A DNA stretch of 32,496 bases from the IMG/VR virus record IMGVR_UViG_3300028865_000008, positions 1 through 32,496 of that record. One strand, written 5' to 3'. The notes under the pieces are model-generated. The model had not been told where the DNA came from, did not search any database, and saw only the letters and a list, made by a program, of their open reading frames with translations. Numbering within the stretch: the first letter of the stretch is position 1; every line of letters starts with the position of its first letter. The translations under genes and the position numbers were made by a program. The stretch is from a virus (lineage: Duplodnaviria; Caudoviricetes). Shown here one piece after another: positions 7,766 through 16,745 of the stretch.

Positions 7766-8533
7766 ATGAATGACATTGTGTTTCAAGGCCACATGGTTGA
7801 GCGCGGAAACAAGGACCCTGAGGTGTGGTTCTGGCCATTCGTCGTCAAGGAAGACTCAGGGTGTTGGACGTGGTCCAGAGGAACTCGGTCGGGCGGAATC
7901 GGCTCAGTTCGGGATCGCCGTATCGGAGGAGACAAGCCAGCTCACGCAGTTGCCTACTCATTGACTCATGATCTGGACTACGACGACTTCGGTCCCCTTC
8001 GTCGGCTGTGTGTCACCAAGCTCTGCTGCAACCCGGATCACTACCGTCCGAGGCTGACTTCGATGTTCGATGTGGACGGGGTGCGGAAGTGCTTCCGCTG
8101 TGGAGAATCTAAGGCGCTGGATGAGTTCACACTGAACAAGACATGCACCAGCGGTCGAACTTCTATCTGTAAGAGCTGCACCAACACCTACCACAGGGAG
8201 TGGGCGGACAATCCAGAGAGAAAGATCGAGGCCAGCTACCGGAACCGGAAGACTCACCTTCTGCGCTGGTTCCATCTGACTGAGGAGCAGTTCGATGCCC
8301 TCCTTGCTGCACAGGACGGCGTCTGTGCCTGCTGTGGCACAGACCAGTGGGGCAGCCCTAGTGGGGTGCCCGCTGTGGATCACGACCACTCCTGCTGCCC
8401 GGGAAAGCGGTCCTGCGGGAAGTGTGTACGTGGCTTGCTGTGCATGTCATGCAACACCTTGGCTGGAGCGTTCGAGCATCCGAAGAAGGACATGATTCTG
8501 GACTATCTGGAGCGCACCCATGGAACCTACTGA
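7766..8533 (+). CDS. Endonuclease VII-family homing endonuclease with degenerate N-terminal HNH-like domain
   Basis: GCWTW...AHAVAY...CVTKLCCNPDH; CFRC...CKSC; QDGVCACC...AVDHDHSCCPGKRSCGKCVRGLLCMSCN; lower GC3. Confidence 0.9.
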   Translation: MNDIVFQGHMVERGNKDPEVWFWPFVVKEDSGCWTWSRGTRSGGIGSVRDRRIGGDKPAHAVAYSLTHDLDYDDFGPLRRLCVTKLCCNPDHYRPRLTSMFDVDGVRKCFRCGESKALDEFTLNKTCTSGRTSICKSCTNTYHREWADNPERKIEASYRNRKTHLLRWFHLTEEQFDALLAAQDGVCACCGTDQWGSPSGVPAVDHDHSCCPGKRSCGKCVRGLLCMSCNTLAGAFEHPKKDMILDYLERTHGTY

Positions 8534-9659
8534 GCCTCTTGCATTGCGTTATCGCCCGACCCAGTTTTCAGAAATGGTCGGACAGAGGATCAACGCTTTG
8601 GTCCTGCAACGGATGGTGGACACCGAGCGGGTGCCACACGCCCTGCTCTTCTCCGGCCCGAGCGGGGTGGGCAAGACCACAGCCGCTCGGGTGCTCGCCT
8701 CCCAGATGGGAGCCTCCGACGTGATCGAGGTGGACGCGGCCAGCAACGGTGGGGTCGACCAGATCCGCAAGCTGCTGGACGTCACCCGGTTCTCCACAGG
8801 TGGCTTCCACAGGCTGTTGATCCTCGACGAGGCGCACAGCATCACCCGGCAGGGCTTCGAGGCCCTCCTGAAGACGCTGGAGGAGCCCCCCGGCAACACC
8901 GTGTTCGTGCTGGTCACCACTGAGCCCCACAAGATCCCCGGCACCGTGCTGAGCCGTCTGGTGGAGTTCCAGTTCCGCTCCGTGCCGGACGCCGACGTGC
9001 TGGACCGGATCATGGTCGTCTCCCAGCAGGAGGGCATCCACGCCGAGTTCGACCTGATCAACCACATCGTGCGCAAGGCAGGCGGCAACGTCCGCACCGC
9101 GCTGATGGCGCTGGACCAGTCATGGAGGGCTCAGGTGACCACTCTGGTCGACTACCTGCGCCTGACCGGTGAGCACGACCCGGCACCGTCCCTGCTGGAG
9201 GCCTGCTCCTCCGGTGACCACGCCCGTGTCTTCGAGGTGCTGGACTCCCAGCTGTCCTCAGTCGGCTCACCGGGCCAGATCACCGCCGAGCTGATCTCCT
9301 GCCTGCGGGATCTGCTGGTACTGCGCGCCGGAGGCACCCTGAAGGCCACGGGGGAGGACTACGAGGTCCGTCACGGGCTGGCGATCAAGCTGGAGCCGGA
9401 ACGGCTGCTGGCCGCGATCCGGGTGCTCTGGGAGGTCAAGACCAAGATCCGCTCCGACGACCCCAGAGGGGTGCTGGAGATGGCGCTGGTGCTGGTCACC
9501 GAGGCGTTCACCAAGGGCCGCGACATCATCCCGAAGGTGATGAAGCTGCCGGAGTCCGGGACTCCCCCGGTGCTCACCAACGGCGCACAGACACCCCGCA
9601 GGATGAGTCTGTCGGATCTTCAGAGGTTCACTCCTGCCTCCTCTGTGAGCCCCTCATGA
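8520..9659 (+). CDS. dnaX: DNA polymerase III gamma/tau clamp-loader ATPase
   Basis: LALRYRPTQFSEMVGQ, Walker A GPSGVGKTT, EVDAASNGGVDQIR, ILDEAH, LLKTLEEPP, TTEPHKIPGTVLSR. Confidence 0.95.
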   Translation: MEPTEPLALRYRPTQFSEMVGQRINALVLQRMVDTERVPHALLFSGPSGVGKTTAARVLASQMGASDVIEVDAASNGGVDQIRKLLDVTRFSTGGFHRLLILDEAHSITRQGFEALLKTLEEPPGNTVFVLVTTEPHKIPGTVLSRLVEFQFRSVPDADVLDRIMVVSQQEGIHAEFDLINHIVRKAGGNVRTALMALDQSWRAQVTTLVDYLRLTGEHDPAPSLLEACSSGDHARVFEVLDSQLSSVGSPGQITAELISCLRDLLVLRAGGTLKATGEDYEVRHGLAIKLEPERLLAAIRVLWEVKTKIRSDDPRGVLEMALVLVTEAFTKGRDIIPKVMKLPESGTPPVLTNGAQTPRRMSLSDLQRFTPASSVSPS

Positions 9660-10345
9660 ACGTCGTGCTGACCTCCCTCCTGACCAAGGAGGTCGATCCC
9701 ATGCGGGGCCGGAAGTGGGATGCTGACCCGTCGATTCTGGAAACGTGGGCAGCGTCCATCAAGGGCGCAACACCTGTCGTGATCGCCGATGAACTCACCA
9801 CAGCCCCGCAGGGGGTGCAGCTGGTCAACTCCTCCGTGCTGGAGTCCCCCAACGTCCCCTCCGGAGGCCCGTACTTCAACCGGTGGGTCTACTTCCTCCA
9901 GTGGCTCTACCTCAACGCGCACAGCCTCGAATGGGTGTGGCTCACCGACGGTTCGGACGTGGTCATGCTCCGGGAGCCATGGGACCAGATGAAGAAGGGT
10001 GTCCTGTACGTCGGCAGCGAGGAGCAGCACCTCGTGGGATGCGACTGGATGCGCAACATCAACCACCACCCCTCCTCCGCTGAGCAGCTGTTCATCGACA
10101 ACCACTCCTCCCTCCTGCTGCTCAACGCCGGGCTGGTGGGCGGTCACGTCACGACCGTGCAGGCGTTCCTCGCTGCACTGCTGGTGCAGTGGGCCGGGGC
10201 GGGCTTCCCGGCCAAGTCGGACATGGCGATCTTCAACTACACGGCGTACTGCAACGCTCCCGACCCTGTCATCACCGGAGAACAGGTACACACCACCTTC
10301 TGGGCCAACGCCGACAACGGCACAGCGTGGTGGCAGCACAAGTGA
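9656..10345 (+). CDS. GT-A fold glycosyltransferase
   Basis: WVWLTDGSDVV acidic motif, LLNAGLVGG, terminal HK. Confidence 0.7.
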   Translation: MNVVLTSLLTKEVDPMRGRKWDADPSILETWAASIKGATPVVIADELTTAPQGVQLVNSSVLESPNVPSGGPYFNRWVYFLQWLYLNAHSLEWVWLTDGSDVVMLREPWDQMKKGVLYVGSEEQHLVGCDWMRNINHHPSSAEQLFIDNHSSLLLLNAGLVGGHVTTVQAFLAALLVQWAGAGFPAKSDMAIFNYTAYCNAPDPVITGEQVHTTFWANADNGTAWWQHK

Positions 10346-10367
10346 TCACCCCCGAGAAGGAGTTCTG

Positions 10368-10880
10368 ATGCACCAAGAAGCAATGCGCTGGGTCCGGCAG
10401 TGGGAGACCCATGATCCTGAGATGATCGTGGTCGAGCTGGGCTCCCGCAACACCAGTGGCAGAGGAATCCGCCAGTTCTTCAAAGGCACCCAGTACGTCG
10501 GGATCGACGCGGTGGCTGGCCCCGACGTGGACATGGTCGTCAACGCGGCCACCGTGCGTCTCAGCAAGCCGGTGGATCTGGTGCTGTGCTGTGAGCTGCT
10601 GGAGCACACCCCGTACTGGCGCGAGATCCTCAACAACGCCTTCTTGATGCTGAAGCCGGGTGGGCGTCTGGTCGTCACCTGCGCAGGCCCTTGGAGAGCT
10701 GTCCACGGTGTCAACAACGACGATCCGGACCAGCCCGGCTGGTATGGCAACGTTCCCATCAGTGCACTGAGCCGGGTGATGGAGGCGCAGGGCTGGGGAG
10801 ACATCTGGGTACGTGAGGTGGAACACGCCTCCACCGAACTCGGAGGCACGGACAGTCAGGCGACGGCGGTCCACCCATGA
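10368..10880 (+). CDS. Class I SAM-dependent methyltransferase
   Basis: AAGGAG RBS; VVELGSRN, YVGID, DLVLCCELLEH, LKPGGRLVV. Confidence 0.85.
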   Translation: MHQEAMRWVRQWETHDPEMIVVELGSRNTSGRGIRQFFKGTQYVGIDAVAGPDVDMVVNAATVRLSKPVDLVLCCELLEHTPYWREILNNAFLMLKPGGRLVVTCAGPWRAVHGVNNDDPDQPGWYGNVPISALSRVMEAQGWGDIWVREVEHASTELGGTDSQATAVHP

Positions 10881-11617
10881 CGACCAAGGCCATCTTCCTC
10901 ACTGCCTACGACCGGCCCGAGCTGCTGGCTCGCACCATGCGGTCGTGGGAACTCGTCCGGGGTGTGCTCGGGCTGCCCTTCCTCGTCATGATCGAGCCGG
11001 GACCCAAGGCGGAGGAGTGCGCCGCTGTCGTTGAGGCCTCCTTCGTTCGGATGGGCCACCTCGCATCCCACGTCGTGGTCAACCCCACCCGTTACGGAGT
11101 CCTCCACCACCCGTGGGTGGGTTTCGAGAAGATGTTCAAGAACTACGACTTCGTCATCCGGGCGGAGGACGACCTGTGTGTCTCCGATGACGTGCTGGAG
11201 TACTTCGACTGGGCGGAGGCAGCCTTCAGGGACGATCCTGCTGTGGCCACGGTGCACGCCTACTCCGACGGCCCCGGCTCCGATCCCGAGGTGGTGCTGG
11301 TCCTGCCTGAGTTCAACCCATGGATCTGGGGCACGTGGGCGGACAGCTGGCACGGTGTGATCGGCCCGACATGGGACCACGACTACTCGACCTTCAACGG
11401 GACCCCCGGCAACCAGTCGGGATGGGACTGGAACCTCAACACGCGGATCTTCCCCCAGTACCACCTCACAGGGGTGTTTCCTGAAATGAGTCGTGTTGAC
11501 AACATCGGCGTCCATGGCGTCCATGGCACAGCGGAGAACTTCCGCACCGCCGAGAGCTTCAGGCCTCTCCACGCGAGTGGGGGGTATCAAGTGAAGGGCC
11601 GATCTTCAGAGGTGTGA
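10877..11617 (+). CDS. GT-A fold glycosyltransferase
   Basis: IFLTAYDRPELL, VIRAEDDLCVS (DxD-like), WIWGTW, SGWDW, SRVDNIG. Confidence 0.8.
   Translation: MTTKAIFLTAYDRPELLARTMRSWELVRGVLGLPFLVMIEPGPKAEECAAVVEASFVRMGHLASHVVVNPTRYGVLHHPWVGFEKMFKNYDFVIRAEDDLCVSDDVLEYFDWAEAAFRDDPAVATVHAYSDGPGSDPEVVLVLPEFNPWIWGTWADSWHGVIGPTWDHDYSTFNGTPGNQSGWDWNLNTRIFPQYHLTGVFPEMSRVDNIGVHGVHGTAENFRTAESFRPLHASGGYQVKGRSSEV
11599..11606 (+). promoter_or_regulatory. CCGATCTT motif, putative late promoter
   Basis: 7 nt before GTG 11614; same motif at 17728, 28591, 29117 and 32257. Confidence 0.7.
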
Positions 11618-12075
11618 CGAGTCTGCCTCCCGAAGATGGTGCCCCCGAGCTGGGCCCTGCTTTCCGGCTGCCTACCTACATCATGGACAAGCCCGAGCTG
11701 GTCCAGATCTTCGAGGAGTCCGTCCGGAAACTTCAGGCGGAGTCCCGAGGGATGCCGATGCACACCGTGCAGGAGTTCCTGCTGGAGCGGATCGCCACCA
11801 AGTATGTGCTCCTGAAGTACCGCGAGATGTACGGCGCGGAGGCCAACGGCCACTACGTCGGGGTGAACGCCGAGAAGGACGCCAACGCCCACTGGCTGGA
11901 TCTGGTCAAGGAATGGGACAAGGTCTTGGCCACTGGACAGGAGCAGATGCGCGACGCCTTCCTGAAGGAGTTCACGAGCATCGCCCTCCGTGGTGTGGAG
12001 CTGGTCGAGGACAAAGAAACGCGGCAGATGCTGACGCGCCACTTCAAGGAGCAGTTCGCTGCTGCTGGCTACTGA
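11614..12075 (+). CDS. Hypothetical helical protein, candidate terminase small subunit
   Basis: Position, size and helical composition only. Confidence 0.55.
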   Translation: MTSLPPEDGAPELGPAFRLPTYIMDKPELVQIFEESVRKLQAESRGMPMHTVQEFLLERIATKYVLLKYREMYGAEANGHYVGVNAEKDANAHWLDLVKEWDKVLATGQEQMRDAFLKEFTSIALRGVELVEDKETRQMLTRHFKEQFAAAGY

Positions 12076-12085
12076 AAGAGGATCC

Positions 12086-12847
12086 ATGGACGCAAACGAG
12101 ACTGACCTGATCCTCAAGCTCGCCGCTGCGGGCCCGTGCTCACTGGACTCCTCCCCGAAGAAGAACTGGGTCGAGAAGGCCGGGGGCCTGCCGAACTACA
12201 TCTGCCACATCGCCAAGGGCATCATGAAGTCCGGCAAGTCCAAGGGACAGGCTATTGCCATTGCCGTTTCCCGGGTCAAGGTGTGGGCAGCGGGTGGCGA
12301 CAAGGTGGACAAGGACACGCAGGCGAAGGCCGCAGCTGCTGCGTCGGAGTGGGAAGCCCTGAAGGGCAAGAACGCCTCCAAGAAGATCGTCAAGGCCTCC
12401 CGTCACGACGGATTCCAGTACCTGATGCTGACCAACATCGGCTCGTTCAACACCGACATGATCCGCAGCGCGTGGAACGCCCGTGAGCGCGAGATCCGCA
12501 AGGCCAAGGAAGCTGCCCACCGCGCCGAGAACGGCGACGGGCCGTTCTCCATGGAGGCTGCGGCCCCAATGCACAACTACAGCTGGATCCGGGAGCTGTG
12601 GACCGACTACATCATCGTCGAGGTCGAAGGTCACGAGGGCACCGAGTTCTACAAGGTCCCCTACACCGTGGAAGGCACCGACGTGGAGTTCGGCGACCCG
12701 ACCGAGGTCAAGCAGGAGTGGGTCGACTCCCCCGAGGAGGACAAGCTCTCCGAGGCCGAAGAGGGCCTGCTCGAAGACGTCATCAACATGAAGAACAGCG
12801 ACCCCAGCTTCCTCGCGAAGATCCAGAAGATCGCGCAGCGGGGGTAG
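12086..12847 (+). CDS. Putative head-associated protein
   Basis: GAGGA RBS; NWVEKAGGLPNYICHIA N-terminal domain; C-terminal YKVPYTVEGTDVEFGDPTEV segment resembling domains attached to prohead proteases. Confidence 0.65.
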   Translation: MDANETDLILKLAAAGPCSLDSSPKKNWVEKAGGLPNYICHIAKGIMKSGKSKGQAIAIAVSRVKVWAAGGDKVDKDTQAKAAAAASEWEALKGKNASKKIVKASRHDGFQYLMLTNIGSFNTDMIRSAWNAREREIRKAKEAAHRAENGDGPFSMEAAAPMHNYSWIRELWTDYIIVEVEGHEGTEFYKVPYTVEGTDVEFGDPTEVKQEWVDSPEEDKLSEAEEGLLEDVINMKNSDPSFLAKIQKIAQRG

Positions 12848-12852
12848 CCCGC

Positions 12853-14727
12853 GTGCTGTTCAGTGGACCCAACGCTCTGACGACCTCCTTCGACGTCGAG
12901 GTCGAGTACAAGCCACGGTCGGCGGCGGAGGACCTGTTCGTGGAGGAGCCGGTCCCCCTTCAGGTGTTCGTGCAGGACAAGGCCTACCTCGGAGCCACCG
13001 ACTGGATGCTCTCCGACATCCAGTACGAGCTGGTCCGGGTGATCGAGCGGGTCTACCTCCAGCAGACCTTCACCGACATGGGCTCATGGTTCGGCGGCTA
13101 CTGGGCCAAGCCGTACCCGATGAAGAACCTGATCGTTGCCGAGTGGGGCAAGGGCGGTGGCAAGGACTCCACCGTGCGGGTCGCAGCCATGCGGGTCGCC
13201 TACCTGTTGATGTGCCTGCGCTCCCCCCAGCGCTACTTCAACATGCCGGAGGACGACTCGATCCACATCCTGAACATCGCGGTCAACTCCGCACAGGCCA
13301 ACCGCGCCTTCTTCGAGCCCCTGACTCGGATGGTGAAGCGCGGCTGGTTCAAGGACAAGGCCGAGCCCAAGCGCGACACCATCGAGTACGCCAAGAACAT
13401 CACTGCCATCTCCGGCCACTCCGATGCGGAGTCGCAGGAAGGCCTGAACATCATCCTCGGGGTCGCCGACGAGATCGACGCGTTCAAGGCCAAGGGCGAG
13501 ATGATCGGGCAGGGCAACAAGGCCCGGGAGGCGAGCACCTCCGCCGAGTCGATTCTGAAAATGATCAAGACCTCCGCGTCGACCCGTTTCCCACAGAACT
13601 ACAAGCGGGTCGCGATCTCCTACCCCCGCTACCTCGGTTCCACCATCCAGCAGCTAGTGGCCGAAGCCGAGCAGGACATCGCTGAGGTCGGATCTGAGCA
13701 GTCGATCTACTTCGCCTCCGGCCCATACGCCACATGGGACGTCAACCCACGTATTTCTGGAAAAGACGCCTTCGCGTCGGACTACCGCAAGGACCCGGAA
13801 GAGGCTGCGGCCAAGTACGAGTGCCGCCCCTTCCGAGCCACCGACTCCTACTTCCGCAACCCGGCGATCTTCCGGATGGCCGTCGACCGTCCGGACCAGC
13901 CCATTCAGGTCGACTACGAGGTTGTCGAGACCACCAGCAAGGCCACCGGCCAGACCGTCCGTGGGTGGGAGCCGGTCTTCACCTTCGCCGCCGACTTCCA
14001 CCCTGTCGCCGGAGCCCGCTACGCCATGCACGGTGACCTCGCGGTCACGGGCGACCGGGCCGGGATCGCCATGAGCCACGTAGAGCACTGGGTTGATCAG
14101 ACCGAGACCATGGAGGACGAGACCGGCTTCGTCTCCGCCTACACCACCACGGCCCCCCACGTCCGCAACGACTTCACCATCAGCCTCTCCGCCGACATCG
14201 CCGCCGTCGACCACGAGCGGGGTGAGGTACTTCCCCGGGAGATCCAGATCCGCTGGGCCCGCAAGCTCTGCTTCGAGCTGATCAAGCGCGGCTTCTGGAT
14301 CGGGTCCTTCACCTTCGACGGCTTCCAGAGCGTCGACACGATCCAGATCCTGACCTCCCACGGCATCCTCTCGGAGCGCGTTTCCACCGACCTGAAGCCC
14401 GACCTCTGGAAGACCCTGAAGGACGTGGCCAGCGACAGTCGGCTCAAGATGCCGTTCAGCCAGCGGCTCCAGAACGAGCTGGAGGGCCTGTCCCGAGTTA
14501 ATGGCAAGGTCGATCACCCCGTGAACGGGTCGAAAGACGAAGCAGACGCCTTCGTGTGCTCTATCGTGGGGGCTATCGGTATAGGCGGCGAGGAAACCCC
14601 CGACGGCGAGGCCATCGACTCTGGCGGCTCACTGTTCATGTTGGGGGAGCAGCTGGCTCCACTGGAGTATGGACAGGGAGCCTTCGAGCTTCCATTCGGC
14701 ATGAAGGGGATGAGCATCGGTGTCTAG
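12853..14727 (+). CDS. terL: Terminase large subunit
   Basis: Walker A WGKGGGKDS, Walker B LGVADEID, nuclease acidic motifs MHGDLA, TFDGFQS and KVDHPVNGSKDEADA; start probably GTG 12853. Confidence 0.92.
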   Translation: MLFSGPNALTTSFDVEVEYKPRSAAEDLFVEEPVPLQVFVQDKAYLGATDWMLSDIQYELVRVIERVYLQQTFTDMGSWFGGYWAKPYPMKNLIVAEWGKGGGKDSTVRVAAMRVAYLLMCLRSPQRYFNMPEDDSIHILNIAVNSAQANRAFFEPLTRMVKRGWFKDKAEPKRDTIEYAKNITAISGHSDAESQEGLNIILGVADEIDAFKAKGEMIGQGNKAREASTSAESILKMIKTSASTRFPQNYKRVAISYPRYLGSTIQQLVAEAEQDIAEVGSEQSIYFASGPYATWDVNPRISGKDAFASDYRKDPEEAAAKYECRPFRATDSYFRNPAIFRMAVDRPDQPIQVDYEVVETTSKATGQTVRGWEPVFTFAADFHPVAGARYAMHGDLAVTGDRAGIAMSHVEHWVDQTETMEDETGFVSAYTTTAPHVRNDFTISLSADIAAVDHERGEVLPREIQIRWARKLCFELIKRGFWIGSFTFDGFQSVDTIQILTSHGILSERVSTDLKPDLWKTLKDVASDSRLKMPFSQRLQNELEGLSRVNGKVDHPVNGSKDEADAFVCSIVGAIGIGGEETPDGEAIDSGGSLFMLGEQLAPLEYGQGAFELPFGMKGMSIGV

Positions 14728-16402
14728 TACCGCTGTAGAGGACAAGAAGAAGCCGTCCGAGCTGTACTCCGAGATCCCGGAGTTGGGCTACGAGCAGGGT
14801 GTGGACTCCTCCTTGGCGTACACCACCCCGTTCAACCCCGTCGCCATGGGCCTGAAGAAGACCCCCTCTGAGGACCTCAACGAGGTGCTCAAGGACGAGT
14901 ACAACGTCACGCGCCCCACCACCCGCCAGCTCGTCACCATGCGCCGTCTGGACGGCCACGCCCGAGCCCTGTACCGCCTCCTGACGCTGCCGATCCGCGC
15001 CTCGCTGGTGTCGGCCACCTTCAAGCCCGCAGACGGCGGAGAGGCCGAAGGAGAGTTCATGGAGGCCGTCTTCCGGACGGCTCCGGCCAACGGGGGCATG
15101 ACCACCACCTTCCAGCGCTTCATGGGCCAGATGCTGGGAGCCCTGTTCGAGGGCTTCTCCTGTTTCGAGAAAGTGTTCTGGGTTCCCACCAAGGGTCCGC
15201 TCAAGGGCAAGTACACCCTGAAGAAGCTGGCCTACCGTCCCTCCGACACGATGACCTTCGTGGCTGACAAGACCGGTGGGTTCGCCGGGCTCCGCCAGCG
15301 TGCTGTCGTCGGTGGCAAGGTCACCGACGTCTTCATCGAGCCGGAGTACGCGTTCTACTACTCCGCGCAGGAGGACGAGCGCAAGTTCTACGGCGTCTCC
15401 TTCTTCGAGTCCGCGTTCCCGCACTACGACGCCAAGGCCAAGGCCTACTTCACTGCCCACCTCGCAGCCCAGCGGGCAGCTGTAGGCACCCGGATCGGCA
15501 CCGTCCCCCCGAATGCCTCCCAGAACGCCAAGACCGAGTTCGCGCGGAACCTGAGCAGCCTCGCGCTGGCCCAGTGGATGATGATGCCCGAGGGCTTCAA
15601 GGTTGAGGTGCTGAAGGAGGGCGGGACCTTCGACTTCCTGAACCTCATCAACCACCACAACCACATGATGAGCGAGTCGATCCTAGCGGCCTTCTTCGAC
15701 GCCGACACGGGCGGTGGCTCCGGTGAGTCCGGCTCATTGGTGAACTTCGCCACCCCCGGTGACGACATGTTCGTCTTGATGCTGCGGGCGATCATGGACG
15801 ACGTCGCCAACCAGATCAACCACTACATCATCCCCCAGCTGATCGATTACAACTTCGACGGTGGCAAGTACCCGACCTTCACGTGGGGCACCTTCACCGA
15901 CGAGCAGCGCTCGGCCATCGCAGCCACCTTCGACAAGCTCGCCACCTCCGGGCAGTCCATGAACGTCTCCGAGGAGTTCATGCGCGAGCTGGAGAAGACG
16001 CAGGCCAAGGAGATGGGGCTGGAGATCGACTGGGAGCTGGTCGAGGCCCGGGAGGCAGAGGAGAAGGCCGTAGCAGCAGCCCAGTTCGCTGGCGGTGGAG
16101 TCGGCCCCGATGGTCAGCCCCTGCCGGGAGCCGCACCCGATCCTGCACTGGCAGGAATCGCCGGAGCACCCGGAGATGTCACCAATGCCGAGCTGGGTGG
16201 CGCACAGGACCTGACCGACGTTTTGGGAATCATGGCCAAGAAGGCAGACAAGGCCGCTGGCGCAGGATCCTCCACACCGCCCCCCGCTGACCCAGCCCTC
16301 AAGGCGAAGAAGACGGTGAAGCTGTCTGGCATCACCGATGACATGTTCGACTGGGCGCTCCAGATGGTAGGGATCGCAGGAGAGGACTACAGCGATGGCT
16401 GA
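14720..16402 (+). CDS. Portal protein (DUF935/Mu gp29-like) with low-complexity C-terminal extension
   Basis: Follows terL; FEGFSCFEKVF, FYGVSFFESAF, INHYIIPQLIDYNF...YPTF. Confidence 0.85.
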   Translation: MSSTAVEDKKKPSELYSEIPELGYEQGVDSSLAYTTPFNPVAMGLKKTPSEDLNEVLKDEYNVTRPTTRQLVTMRRLDGHARALYRLLTLPIRASLVSATFKPADGGEAEGEFMEAVFRTAPANGGMTTTFQRFMGQMLGALFEGFSCFEKVFWVPTKGPLKGKYTLKKLAYRPSDTMTFVADKTGGFAGLRQRAVVGGKVTDVFIEPEYAFYYSAQEDERKFYGVSFFESAFPHYDAKAKAYFTAHLAAQRAAVGTRIGTVPPNASQNAKTEFARNLSSLALAQWMMMPEGFKVEVLKEGGTFDFLNLINHHNHMMSESILAAFFDADTGGGSGESGSLVNFATPGDDMFVLMLRAIMDDVANQINHYIIPQLIDYNFDGGKYPTFTWGTFTDEQRSAIAATFDKLATSGQSMNVSEEFMRELEKTQAKEMGLEIDWELVEAREAEEKAVAAAQFAGGGVGPDGQPLPGAAPDPALAGIAGAPGDVTNAELGGAQDLTDVLGIMAKKADKAAGAGSSTPPPADPALKAKKTVKLSGITDDMFDWALQMVGIAGEDYSDG

Positions 16403-16745
16403 CGCACCCACCCCGGCAGTGGGAGTTCGCCGGGTACGCACCACCGAGGGGGCCCGGTTCTTCGGCCTCCCGGTCGGAGGCGAGATCGGCAACCGCTACG
16501 ACCCCAACATGAAGGCTGCCAAGCGGGCTACCTCCCTCACCCGGCTGACCAGCCTCCAGCGCCAGTTCGCAGTGGCCAAGAAGACTGGCAACCTCTCTCA
16601 GATGCGCTCCGTGCAGGAAGAGTTCACCATCGCGGTGAAGGACTACGCAGCCACCAACGGCCAGCTGACCGACGTCCTCAGCGCGCTGGTCGGGTCCCGG
16701 GGACGGTCGGACATGGCGATAGACAAGCAGAGCCTGAAGTCCTGA
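16395..16745 (+). CDS. Small putative head protein with VRTxEG...GLPxG motif
   Basis: GAGGA RBS; N-terminal motif shared with the giant protein. Confidence 0.7.
   Translation: MADAPTPAVGVRRVRTTEGARFFGLPVGGEIGNRYDPNMKAAKRATSLTRLTSLQRQFAVAKKTGNLSQMRSVQEEFTIAVKDYAATNGQLTDVLSALVGSRGRSDMAIDKQSLKS

Noticed and set aside
7745-8555. Group I intron interrupting dnaX
   Set aside because: No non-coding room for a ribozyme core, and dnaX has a complete second start with the N-terminal motif duplicated.
9999-10367. Long 5' extensions in the ORF track (9999, 12598, 7607, 2882, 7323, 30277)
   Set aside because: They overlap upstream genes out of frame or lack an RBS; better starts exist downstream.
12853-14727. 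Intein in the terminase or other large proteins
   Set aside because: No C/S...HN-C/S/T splice motifs or LAGLIDADG blocks noticed; protein lengths are normal.
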